From positions 128,001-192,000 of the forward strand of contig DASXQR010000083.1 in the NCBI GenBank assembly GCA_036507075.1: DNA of 64,000 bases, given 5' to 3'. The notes below the pieces were generated by a model, which was not told the origin of the DNA, ran no database searches, and saw nothing but the letters and a program-made list of their open reading frames with translations. This document shows, piece by piece, positions 53,825 to 62,666 of the stretch (the stretch's first letter is position 1; every line of letters begins with the position of its first letter). The position numbers and the translations under genes are program-made. Origin of the DNA: Acidobacteriota bacterium. Its GTDB lineage: Bacteria > Acidobacteriota > UBA6911 > JACQSX01.

Positions 53825-55078
53825 TTACCTTTCGCTCAATGGTTTTCCGAGCGCCAGCGGTTCCGGGAGTTTTGCAAACTCTGCCAGACCGTCAAACAAC
53901 GGTTGAAATTCCCTAAAGAGGTTGCCGATGAGGCAGTCGGTGAGATCGCCTTTGAGATGCGGGAATTCATTTACAAACTCGCGAAAACTGAACTCATGGT
54001 CATAGAACGCGTAGATGAGCTTTCTCATGGCCTCGATACCTTTACAGAGCTCATCGCCGTAATCGCTGAATTGCGACGCGGAAACGTCGCCGGACGCAAG
54101 CGCCCTGTCCACGGCATCGGCGGCAATCTCACCGCTGCGAAGCGCCAGAAACACCCCTGACGAAAACACCGGATCGAGAAAGGCAAAGGCGTCCCCCACC
54201 AGTATCAGCCCGTCGACGGCGCAGTGCCGGGAACGATACGAATATTCCGCCGTGACCCAATACTGCCCGGTCTGCCGCCCGGAAGCGAGGTGCCGCTGTA
54301 TCCAGGCGTTATTCACCACTTCGCTTTGAAAAATAGCCGCCAGGTCTCTCGAGTTCCTGTACAGATATGTCTTTTCGGCGACAACCCCGACACTGACTGT
54401 GTCCTCGGGGAGTGGGATGTACCAGAACCATCCCTTCTCGGGAAGGTAGGCCACCGTTGTGGCGCCCTCATCCAGTCCCGGATCCCGCAGAGCTCCTTTG
54501 TAGTAGGTCCAAATGGCGATTTTGTTCAGGTAGGGGTCCCGCACTTTCCATCCGTTGCGTGCCAGCACCAGGGCATCGCGCCCGCTGGCGTCAATAGTTA
54601 TGGGAGCGTGGAATTCCTGTGCCTCGCCGTCCTTGCCGACGGCCTTCACTCCGACGACAACGCCATTCTGCTTAATCGTGTCGCGCACCATGGTCTCCTC
54701 GAGAACTTCGGCGCCGCGCGCGCGCGCGTTGTCCAGCAGCATCTGGTCGAACTCGCTGCGCAGCACCTGCCAGGTGGTGGAAGCTTCATGTTGAAGGTGC
54801 TGGAAAAAATAAAACGGGTGCGACGCATGGCCGTCGATGTTGACAAACTGGACGCTGTACTTTTTGGGAAAATGAGAAGTCTTCATCCGGTCGATGACGC
54901 CCAGGCGCTCCAGCGGAAAATAACAGTAGGGCATGAGCGACTCGCCGATGTGATAACGGGGAAATTTTTCCCTTTCCAGTATCAGCACGCGGCGGCCCTT
55001 TGCCGCGAGAACCGCGGCGGTTGTTGATCCGGCCGGCCCGCCTCCAATTACAACCGCGTCGTAGAGCTTTGATGTCAT
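53825..55078 (-). CDS. Flavin-dependent halogenase-like oxidoreductase
   Basis: GxGxxG 'GGGPAG', 'FPRYHIGES', lysine in 'FPKK', WxWxIP 'WFWYIP', 'GDAFAFLDPVFSSG'. Confidence 0.85.
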   Translation of the reverse strand: MTSKLYDAVVIGGGPAGSTTAAVLAAKGRRVLILEREKFPRYHIGESLMPYCYFPLERLGVIDRMKTSHFPKKYSVQFVNIDGHASHPFYFFQHLQHEASTTWQVLRSEFDQMLLDNARARGAEVLEETMVRDTIKQNGVVVGVKAVGKDGEAQEFHAPITIDASGRDALVLARNGWKVRDPYLNKIAIWTYYKGALRDPGLDEGATTVAYLPEKGWFWYIPLPEDTVSVGVVAEKTYLYRNSRDLAAIFQSEVVNNAWIQRHLASGRQTGQYWVTAEYSYRSRHCAVDGLILVGDAFAFLDPVFSSGVFLALRSGEIAADAVDRALASGDVSASQFSDYGDELCKGIEAMRKLIYAFYDHEFSFREFVNEFPHLKGDLTDCLIGNLFREFQPLFDGLAEFAKLPEPLALGKPLSER

Positions 55079-55111
55079 GTCGTTAAATTGAATGGCAACG
55101 GTCGGGCATCG

Positions 55112-56440
55112 TCACGCATAACGCGCGTTGCGATGTTCGGGAAGGAAAAACTCATGCAGCAGCCAATCGACCCGCAGCAGGCCGTCCCGGTTTAGCTGCA
55201 GACCGTTCTCATCCAAAGTCAAGAAACCACGCTCTTGCAGCTTGCTCAGGGAATCGGCGAATCGTCGTTGAATGTCGACCGCGAATTTGTTTTGAAAGTA
55301 CGCCCTGTGAACATGTCCTAGCTTCATTTGAAGAATCAGCTCGCGAATCATGCGCTCTTCCCGGGTGGGCGTCAAAGCGCGGTAAATAGGGAGCGCGCCC
55401 TGACGCAGTTTGGCGATATAAGGTCCGAATTCGTGCTCATTTTGAAAATGAGTCCCGCCGACATGTGAGAACGAGGCGACACCCAACCCGATCATGTCCG
55501 CGCCGGTCCATAAAAGGTCCCGATAAAGAAAACGCGCCCGCGACGGGTCCTTGACCGCCGTATAGGCGCTGCTGATGCTGTAGCCGGCCTTTTCCAATTC
55601 CGTAAAAGCGAAATTGACCCAGTCGCGCTTGGTGTTCCAACCGGCTACAGGCGGAACGGACTTGTCCTGCGCCTTCATTTCCTTAAAGATGGTCGTATTG
55701 TAAGGAATTTCCATCTGGTAAATGGTAACGCTGTCGGGCGCCAATGAGATCGTTTCGCGCACGCATTCCCGCCAATTTGCGGCCGTTTCCCCGATCATAC
55801 CGGCGATCAGGTCGACGTTAATTTGAGGAAATCCGATCGAGCGCGCGAATTCATAGGATCGGTAGATCTCCTTGGATCGGTGCGCTCGCCCGTTGATCTC
55901 GAGGATATGGTCATCGAAATTTTCAATTCCCAGGCTGAGACGCGTGACGCCCAGGTCTTTGATCACTTTGAGCTTGCCTTCGGTTATGGTGCCGGGCTCG
56001 CATTCAAAAGTGACTTCTTCCGCCTCCTCCCAGGGCAGCAGCTTTTGCATGGCGTCCACGACCCGGCTGAGCTGCCGGGCCGAAATGAATGAGGGCGTGC
56101 CGCCTCCGAAGTAAATAAACTTTGGCTTCCTTCCGCCGATGAAACGCTTTTGCGAGTAAAGGGTCAGCTCCTGGATGGCGGCATCGAGATAATGCTGAAT
56201 CTCGGTCGCGTCCTTGTCGGTGTAAACTTTGAAATAGCAAAAATGACACCGTTTACGGCAGAACGGAATGTGAACGTAAATACCCAGCGGGGTTTCAGGC
56301 GCCGGCGCGCGATCCAGGGCCGCGTAGGCTTCGCCCACGTGGTCCGGCGTCCAGAAAGAGTATGGCGGATAGTTGGAGATGAAATAACTGCCAACCGTGC
56401 TCTCTTCTTCCAGAAATAAACCTTCCGGTTGTTTGTTCAT
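55112..56440 (-). CDS. HemN-like (class C) radical SAM protein
   Basis: 'YVHIPFCRKRCHFC', 'YFGGGTPS'; N-terminal 'YFISNYPP'. Confidence 0.88.
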   Translation of the reverse strand: MNKQPEGLFLEEESTVGSYFISNYPPYSFWTPDHVGEAYAALDRAPAPETPLGIYVHIPFCRKRCHFCYFKVYTDKDATEIQHYLDAAIQELTLYSQKRFIGGRKPKFIYFGGGTPSFISARQLSRVVDAMQKLLPWEEAEEVTFECEPGTITEGKLKVIKDLGVTRLSLGIENFDDHILEINGRAHRSKEIYRSYEFARSIGFPQINVDLIAGMIGETAANWRECVRETISLAPDSVTIYQMEIPYNTTIFKEMKAQDKSVPPVAGWNTKRDWVNFAFTELEKAGYSISSAYTAVKDPSRARFLYRDLLWTGADMIGLGVASFSHVGGTHFQNEHEFGPYIAKLRQGALPIYRALTPTREERMIRELILQMKLGHVHRAYFQNKFAVDIQRRFADSLSKLQERGFLTLDENGLQLNRDGLLRVDWLLHEFFLPEHRNARYA

Positions 56441-56637
56441 CGCAAATCTTTCCCCAATACCGCAGCACGTTTGCGCCTCGAGTTACACACAGAAACTTCA
56501 CGCGCAGACCCAGCCGTTTATTGTAACATTGGCAGCCCCATCCGGGCGATGGGTCGGGTAGATCGCAAGAAACCGAAGCTGGCCGAAGAAATTGCCGCCC
56601 ATAAAGTGGCAGCACAACTGCTATTTCCCTTCGCCAT

Positions 56638-57162
56638 ATGCTGACACTGGTTCGACATCTTTTCGCCGTCGCGGTGCTTCCATTCACGGTGGCCGTTCTG
56701 ATCCCGTTGTGGATTGCTCGTCAATACCATGTGGCTGTGGTTGTGGGAGCGAACGCACTTGAACTTGTGACTCAGCTCGTTGGAATCGCCTTTGTGGCCA
56801 TCGGGCTTTTGCTCTTTGGTGAGTCGCTTCGACATTTTGTCGTGAAAGGCCACGGGACCCTTGCACCCTGGGACCCGCCGAAGCACCTGGTTGTCGACGG
56901 CCCGTATCGGTACGTCCGGAATCCGATGATCTCGGGTGTGCTCTTCGTCTTGTTTGGTGAGGCGCTCGTTCTTCTCTCGTGGCCTCACGCCCGGTGGGCG
57001 CTACTGTTCCTCTGCATCAACCTGATCTACATCCCGCTCCTGGAGGAGCCGCTGCTTCAGGCTCGGTTCGGCGATTCTTATCGCAATTACCGCCACCACG
57101 TGCGTCGCTTCATTCCGCGGCTGCGGCCATGGCCCCCTCGTGACCGCGGAAATGATAATTAG
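56638..57162 (+). CDS. Isoprenylcysteine carboxyl methyltransferase / PEMT-family membrane protein
   Basis: TMs; 'LVVDGPYRYVRNPM', 'EE..L..RFG..Y..Y...V.RFIP'. Confidence 0.88.
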   Translation: MLTLVRHLFAVAVLPFTVAVLIPLWIARQYHVAVVVGANALELVTQLVGIAFVAIGLLLFGESLRHFVVKGHGTLAPWDPPKHLVVDGPYRYVRNPMISGVLFVLFGEALVLLSWPHARWALLFLCINLIYIPLLEEPLLQARFGDSYRNYRHHVRRFIPRLRPWPPRDRGNDN

Positions 57163-57165
57163 CAG

Positions 57166-57302
57166 CGAGCCACGAAGCCACGAAGCCACGAAGATCGGAC
57201 GGTTTGTTGGAAGTGGCACTTCAGCATTCACCCATAACATTAAGCAGGAGTGCAACTCAAACCCATGTCGCCCTCTTCGTGGCTTCGTGGCTTCGTGGCT
57301 CG
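57166..57302. repeat. Palindromic 8-mer element (GCCACGAA)x3 arms
   Basis: cgagccacgaagccacgaagccacgaag ... cttcgtggcttcgtggcttcgtggctcg. Confidence 0.88.
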
Positions 57303-57340
57303 ACGTGCTGCCGACTCGTTGCCGGATCAGAAACAGCGCG

Positions 57341-58095
57341 TCACTTGCCAACCATCCTGTTTTCATTCTCGAAAAACAGCGGCTTGCGCTTTGCCGGATG
57401 ATTTCCTGTCTCATCCATGGTGCGCGCGTCGAACATTCGTCCGTTGATGATTGTGTAACGCACCGTCTCACTGTTGCGAATGTCCTGCAGCGGATCCTTT
57501 TCCAGCACTATCACATCAGCCAGTTTGCCGGCCTTGAGCGATCCCAGGTCCCTGTCCATACCCAGATAGCGGGCGCCATTTAGCGTGGCGCAGCGCAGAG
57601 CCTGCAACGCCGTCATGCCGCCCTGAACAAAAGACCAAAGTTCCCAGTGCGCGCCCAATCCCTGCATCTGGCCATGTGCTCCCAGTTGAACGCTCACGCC
57701 GCGGTCCGAGAGCTCTTTGGCAATGCGCGCGTTGGAGATGTGGTTGAAATCATCCTCGGGTACGAGCATTCGACGGCGCGAGCGGGGATCGACAATGCGC
57801 CGCGGGACAAACGACAACAACCTTTCGTTTTTCCCACACATTGCTGTGTTGATACCAGTAGTTCTCGCCGAAGATTCCACCGTATCCGACGATCAATGTC
57901 GGTGTATAACCGGTCTGACTTGCCGCCCATAGTGCGAGCACGTCCTTGTAAATGCGGGCCGCCTTCCATCGTGATCACCTGCGCCGCACCGAAGTGCACG
58001 GTCGAGAGAAGCAGAAGCAGCACCACTGGAGCGACCCACAATCGGCGCGTACCGGAAGAACGTCTGAGCCGGGGCAAAAATTCTCGTGGATTCAT
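57341..58095 (-). pseudogene. Decayed exported amidohydrolase (internal deletion plus frameshift)
   Basis: Pieces in three frames: signal peptide + 'VITMEG'; 'IYKDVLALW...TPTLIVGYGG...VWE'; 'GAHGQ..GLGAHWE...GSLKAGKLAD'. Confidence 0.75.
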
Positions 58096-58101
58096 AGGAT
58101 C

Positions 58102-58210
58102 AAATGCGGATTTCGGAATGCGGAATGTGGAATATGAGAGTGAATTGGTGTCAGCTTCGCAGTTTTAGCCTGGAAATATTCCGCATTCCCCCATTCCGAA
58201 ATCCGCATTT
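58102..58210. repeat. Palindromic heptamer element (GAATGCG family)
   Basis: aaatgcggatttcggaatgcggaatgtggaatat ... atattccgcattccccattccgaaatccgcattt; arms nearly identical to 8674-8793. Confidence 0.88.
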
Positions 58211-58218
58211 ATATTTCG

Positions 58219-58668
58219 TTATTTAGTCGGCATGATAATTACGCGGCGGTTGTCCCCAAAGCCCTGGCTTTCGGTTTTCACCTGCGGGTCTTCCACCAGC
58301 GTCAAATGAACGATGCGTCGCTCGCTGGCCGGCATAGGCTGGAGAGGAAAAGGGCGCTGGGAAATCTTCACTTTCTCTGCAGCCTTCTTGGCGAGCAGTT
58401 CCAGCTCATATGAGCGGAGCGCCCGAAAGTCATTGCAGTCCAAAAGGATTCGCGACTCCTCTCTGTCGCCAAAAATCAGATTTACCAGGTATTCGATCGA
58501 ATAGAGAACCTTGCCGCCGTTGGCCAGCAGCATGTCGATCTCCTCCTCACCGTGGATATCCAGGATTTCCTGGCCGTCCTTGTTCTTCCAGTCCAGGCTC
58601 GCTTTGACTCCGAAGTGATGCAGTATCTTGCCTACAAAAGCACTCGCTTCCTCTTTTCTTTCAAACAT
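58219..58668 (-). CDS. jag: Short Jag/EloR-like protein (KH-like plus R3H)
   Basis: R3H 'ERRIVH', 'TESQG..DNRRV'; downstream of yidC. Confidence 0.85.
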   Translation of the reverse strand: MFERKEEASAFVGKILHHFGVKASLDWKNKDGQEILDIHGEEEIDMLLANGGKVLYSIEYLVNLIFGDREESRILLDCNDFRALRSYELELLAKKAAEKVKISQRPFPLQPMPASERRIVHLTLVEDPQVKTESQGFGDNRRVIIMPTK

Positions 58669-58671
58669 AGG

Positions 58672-60327
58672 TTATTCCTTATCTGTCTTTCCACCGCGTC
58701 GCCCGGGCTTGGGCGACGGCGCCGGAACCGGCATCCACTTCTCGGCCGCTTTCTGCAGGGCCATGCCGAACAGGTTGCTGAATAAGAAGTAGATTACCAG
58801 CCCGCTGGGAAACTTAAAAAACATAAAGACGAATATAAACGGCATCATGTTCATCATGCGCGCCTGAGCCGGATCGGTGGTCGTCTGCGGTGTCATGCGC
58901 TGCTGCAGGTACATGGTCACGCCCATCAGAACCGGGGTCACATAATAGGGATCCATACGGGAAAGATCGCGAATCCATAATATGAAGGGCGCGCCGCGCA
59001 GCTCTATCGTGGAAGCAAGCATTGAATTGAAGGCAAACAGAAAAGGCATCTGGATCAGCAGCGGCAGACAGCCGCCGAGAGGGTTAATCCCGTTCTGCTT
59101 GTACAGGTTCATGATTTCGGCATTCATTTCCTGTCGCTTCGGATCGGTGCGCTTGTACTTTTTGTAGCGATCCTGGATGGACCGCATCTGCGGCTGAATA
59201 GCCTGCATTTTCTTCATCGATACCATCTGTTTGTAGCGCACCGGGAACAGCGCAAGGCTGATGATCAGCGTCAGCAGGATGATCGCAAAACCCCAGTTTT
59301 GAACATACTGGTGGATCAGTTTAAGTGAGAAAATCAGCGGCTTTACCAGCAGGGCAAACCAGCCGTAGTCGATAACGCTGCTGAGGCCCGGCGCCACGCC
59401 GTTTAACAACTCATAATCCTTGGGTCCCAGAAAGAACCGCACCGGTTTGGCGCCCAACGGATAAAAAATCTGGTAATAGGGAACAAAGAGCCCGCCGCCT
59501 TGCCTGATGTCAAACCGCTGCATGCGAAGTGAAGGGAATGCTTCGGCGCTGACTCCCAGTACGGCAAAATACTTGGTATCGAAGCCCGCCCAGTCCACCG
59601 GCTCCGAATAATTATGGTTCTTTCCTTTGGCAAAACCGGATCGCTCGACTCGTCCGCCATGGCTCACAATCACCTCACGCACTTCAAAGTCCGTCTCCGG
59701 TTCGCCGGCCTCAGTTCCAATGTCGGGGCCGACTGAGACAGCCAGAGCGCGGGGCTGGCCTGCGATCCAAAGGCGTCCGGAAACTTCGATCGCATAGAGG
59801 TTGGGCTCGAATGCCATCTTCTTTTCCACTGCGATCCCGCCGTCGGAATAGGCGAACAAAAGCTCAATGGGCGGCATGAAGCTGGACTGCTGCGCCGGCA
59901 GGTTTCCGACTCGCAGCTCGTACACGGCATTGCTGAGGCGCTGCGTCAGCGAAGGACTGCCGGGAACCTCCAAAGCCAGATAGGGCAAACCTTGCGGCGG
60001 GATTTTCTGCGGCACCAGCTCCAGCGGCTCGTGGGACTTGCTCATGAATTTCTTGAGGCGAAAGCTTCTCAGGACACCACCCTGTGTATCAACCGCGGCG
60101 CGGTAGAGGGCATTTTCAATCACTACGGTGCGACGAGTGCCGGCGGTCTTTACATTGTCCATCGGCGCAGGCGCCGGCGGCGGGAGCGGGGGCGGCGCGG
60201 GTTTGGCGGCAACCGGTTTAGCTTCCGGGGCGGGCTGCGGCGGATAGAGCTTGCGCATCGCATATTGCGTTCCCAGCAGGATCGCGATTGAGAGTACTAC
60301 TGCAATCAGCAGGCGTCGTTCTTCCAT
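58672..60327 (-). CDS. yidC: Membrane protein insertase YidC
   Basis: Start MEERRLL; 'DYGWF', 'NWGFAIILLT', 'GGCLPLLIQMP', 'WIRDLS'. Confidence 0.96.
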   Translation of the reverse strand: MEERRLLIAVVLSIAILLGTQYAMRKLYPPQPAPEAKPVAAKPAPPPLPPPAPAPMDNVKTAGTRRTVVIENALYRAAVDTQGGVLRSFRLKKFMSKSHEPLELVPQKIPPQGLPYLALEVPGSPSLTQRLSNAVYELRVGNLPAQQSSFMPPIELLFAYSDGGIAVEKKMAFEPNLYAIEVSGRLWIAGQPRALAVSVGPDIGTEAGEPETDFEVREVIVSHGGRVERSGFAKGKNHNYSEPVDWAGFDTKYFAVLGVSAEAFPSLRMQRFDIRQGGGLFVPYYQIFYPLGAKPVRFFLGPKDYELLNGVAPGLSSVIDYGWFALLVKPLIFSLKLIHQYVQNWGFAIILLTLIISLALFPVRYKQMVSMKKMQAIQPQMRSIQDRYKKYKRTDPKRQEMNAEIMNLYKQNGINPLGGCLPLLIQMPFLFAFNSMLASTIELRGAPFILWIRDLSRMDPYYVTPVLMGVTMYLQQRMTPQTTTDPAQARMMNMMPFIFVFMFFKFPSGLVIYFLFSNLFGMALQKAAEKWMPVPAPSPKPGRRGGKTDKE

Positions 60328-60539
60328 CAGATTACCGGATCGTAACCGCCGCGAGAAAACGGATGACAGCGCAGCACCCGCTTGATTCCCAGGTAGGTTC
60401 CCGTAAGGACGCCCTTCTTCTGCACGGCCTGATAGAAGTATTCCGAACACGTGGGCACAAACCTGCAGGAAACAGGCAGGAGCGGCGACAGGAAACGCTT
60501 ATAGGCTGTCAGCAGAAAAAGTATAAGGCGCTTAATCAT
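60327..60539 (-). CDS. yidD: Membrane protein insertion efficiency factor
   Basis: 'CRFVPTCSEY', 'RCHPF..GGYDP'. Confidence 0.95.
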   Translation of the reverse strand: MIKRLILFLLTAYKRFLSPLLPVSCRFVPTCSEYFYQAVQKKGVLTGTYLGIKRVLRCHPFSRGGYDPVI

Positions 60540-60904
60540 CAGATGGAGTTGGAGCGCTTCCCCAGGCGACCCAGCACGTTTTGGAATTCCTCGCGCAGCG
60601 GGGCAAATTCCACCTGAGCCGCGCCTTTTCGGGCATTGATCACCAGGTCCATGGACGGAAGGTTGGCAGGCTTGTCACGCCTGAATATTTCGCGCAAGCG
60701 CCGTTTCACTCGATTGCGCGCCACGGCGTTTCCTATTTTCCTGGAAACGGTAATTCCCAGCCGGTGAAACGGCAGGTTGTTCTCCATGGCGTATAACACA
60801 AAAGTCCGCGATTGAATCTTTTTGCCCTTGTCATAGACGGCCAGAAACTCCCGCCTTTTTGCCATGCGCTGGCGGCGGGGGAGGCGCTCGTTAACATTAG
60901 CCAC
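60539..60904 (-). CDS. rnpA: Ribonuclease P protein component
   Basis: '[25 protein letters not shown]' RNR motif. Confidence 0.95.
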   Translation of the reverse strand: MANVNERLPRRQRMAKRREFLAVYDKGKKIQSRTFVLYAMENNLPFHRLGITVSRKIGNAVARNRVKRRLREIFRRDKPANLPSMDLVINARKGAAQVEFAPLREEFQNVLGRLGKRSNSI

Positions 60905-61037
60905 TAACCGTCAGCCTCTGACGCCCTTTGGAACGCCGGCGTTTCAGTACGTCCTTACCGCCTTTTGTCGCCATCCGTTCCCGAAACCCGTGTGTCTTCT
61001 TCCGCCGGCGATTGTTCGGCTGAAATGTGCGTTTCAT
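60897..61037 (-). CDS. rpmH: 50S ribosomal protein L34 (not in the supplied ORF track; 46 aa)
   Basis: Manual translation [46 protein letters not shown]. Confidence 0.97.
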   Translation of the reverse strand: MKRTFQPNNRRRKKTHGFRERMATKGGKDVLKRRRSKGRQRLTVSG

Positions 61038-61070
61038 AGAGAGTTCGCTCCTGATTTTGAGAAAACCCCA

Positions 61071-61100
61071 ATCTTAGCCGCCGTCCGGCAAGACTGTCAA
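61071..61100 (-). promoter_or_regulatory. Candidate sigma70 promoter of the rpmH operon
   Basis: Minus strand TTGACA-18 nt-TAAGAT. Confidence 0.6.
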
Positions 61101-61150
61101 TTCAAGTTGACGAGTAGTGATCTAGTTTGACTGCCAGTCGGGAAAGTGAT

Positions 61151-61304
61151 TTCACCACAGGGACACAGGGTTGTCGGTTGTCCGTTGCCAGTTTGTGAAC
61201 TCCTGGCAACCAGTATGCAAGAACCACTGACAACGGACCACGGGCAACGGACAATTCTGTGTCCCCTGTGTCCCTGTGGTGAAGTCTTTGTTCGACTTTC
61301 GACC
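61151..61304. repeat. Nested palindrome: CACAGGG 9-mer arms around an ACAACGG/ACTGACA heptamer element
   Basis: ttcaccacagggacacaggg [gttgtccgttgccag...actgacaacggacc] cctgtgtccctgtggtgaa, followed by ttcgactttcgacc. Confidence 0.85.
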
Positions 61305-61355
61305 TGATTTGCCGTTATTTTCGGTAAGGTTGTATCATGATGGCGGGTAATCGAC

Positions 61356-61955
61356 ATGAAGAGATTCGGCGCATTGATTCTTGCGGCCGGCGAGTCGCGA
61401 CGCATAGGATATCCAAAAGCGCTGCTGCGGTGGGAGGATCAGTCTTTCCTGGAAAAAATCATAGAAACATTGCGCGCGTCGCGCGTCGATGAGATCCACG
61501 TTGTGGTCTCGACGGCCGGCGAGGCGCTGCTGCGACAGCATCTGCACCTGCCGGGAGTGCGTTTGGTGGTGAATCCCGACCCGTCAAGGGGCCAGTTTTC
61601 TTCCCTGCAGGAGGGACTCCGAAATCTCGACGCCGACGTTGTGCTGATCTGCCTGGTAGATCATCCCAAAGTGAGTGCGTCAGTGGTGTTCGAGCTGAAG
61701 GAGGCGTGTATTGCAACGGATGCTCTGGCCGTCATTCCGCGCTTCCAGGGAAGGCGCGGGCATCCGATCGCCATCAAGAAAGATTTAATCTCGCTGATGC
61801 TGGACGCCCCCGCCGGGGCCAGCGCCAAAGAGGTTCTGCGAACCTGCTGGGACAAAGTGATGGAGCTGGATACTAAAGACGCCGGCATCCTTGCCGACAT
61901 TGACACGGCGCTGGACTATGAAGAATTCCTCGGAGAAGAGTTCCCGCACGCATAA
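61356..61955 (+). CDS. mocA: MocA-like nucleotidyltransferase (molybdenum cofactor cytidylyltransferase)
   Basis: 'ILAAGESRR.G.PKALL', 'GQFSSL..G', 'LVDHP', 'RGHP', 'DIDT..DY'. Confidence 0.8.
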   Translation: MKRFGALILAAGESRRIGYPKALLRWEDQSFLEKIIETLRASRVDEIHVVVSTAGEALLRQHLHLPGVRLVVNPDPSRGQFSSLQEGLRNLDADVVLICLVDHPKVSASVVFELKEACIATDALAVIPRFQGRRGHPIAIKKDLISLMLDAPAGASAKEVLRTCWDKVMELDTKDAGILADIDTALDYEEFLGEEFPHA

Positions 61956-62502
61956 CCTGGAGGAGGCCGCGACCGCTGCGTTGTTCATCACGGCTGCGGG
62001 CTTTTCAATCTTCCTCGCAAGGAACCTTCAGTATCGGACGGCTTACGCGCTGGCAGCCATCCTGGTGCTGTTTGCGTCAGTGACGGTACTCGAACTGGTG
62101 TTACGCAACAGGCCGAACAGGGCGAAACTGCTGTCGCGCATTTCGGGAATCATTTTTCTTGCTTACTTTTTCGCATTCTTTGTCGCCGGCCTGGTTCTGT
62201 GGGGCCGTTTCAGCAATCCCGTCTTTCAAACCCGGTTGCTGGTTTTTGCTGCCGCCTGCCTGGCTCTAATGGCGGCGGTACACGCGCGCAAGCACTTCTC
62301 CGACGCGAGCTACCACCAGAAGATGCTGCACTCGAACACTTTCTATTTCGGCCTGGTCTTTGCCATGTCTGTATTCATGATGAAGTACCGCGACCCTTCC
62401 AAGGTTGACGCGATCGGAATAGTATCACTGGGTCTATTCAGTCTTCTGCAAGCCGTAACCCTGCTCAAGGCACCGCCCGCCTTAAAAAAGTCGAAAGTCT
62501 GA
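61918..62502 (+). CDS. Hypothetical polytopic membrane protein
   Basis: About six hydrophobic segments; start uncertain; stop codon lies inside the downstream repeat. Confidence 0.65.
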   Translation: MKNSSEKSSRTHNLEEAATAALFITAAGFSIFLARNLQYRTAYALAAILVLFASVTVLELVLRNRPNRAKLLSRISGIIFLAYFFAFFVAGLVLWGRFSNPVFQTRLLVFAAACLALMAAVHARKHFSDASYHQKMLHSNTFYFGLVFAMSVFMMKYRDPSKVDAIGIVSLGLFSLLQAVTLLKAPPALKKSKV

Positions 62503-62652
62503 AAGTCGTCCGTTGCCAGTGGTCCGTTGTCAGTGGTCCGCTGTCAGTGACCCGTTGTCGGTGGTTCTGCATACTGCTCGTCAGGAGTGACAACTGACAA
62601 CGGGCCACTGACAACGGACGACCTTCGACTTTCGACCTTTAGACTTTCGACC
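62490..62652. repeat. Nested palindrome: GTCGAAAG arms around an ACTGACA/ACAACGG element
   Basis: gtcgaaagtctgaaagtcg [tccgttgccagtggtccgttgtcag...actgacaacggacg] cgactttcgacctttagactttcgac. Confidence 0.85.
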
Positions 62653-62666
62653 CTTATAATGACGGC

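Noticed and set aside
55112..56440. Annotation as hemN (heme biosynthesis)
   Set aside because: Context is thioesterase/halogenase rather than tetrapyrrole genes, so the gene symbol was withheld
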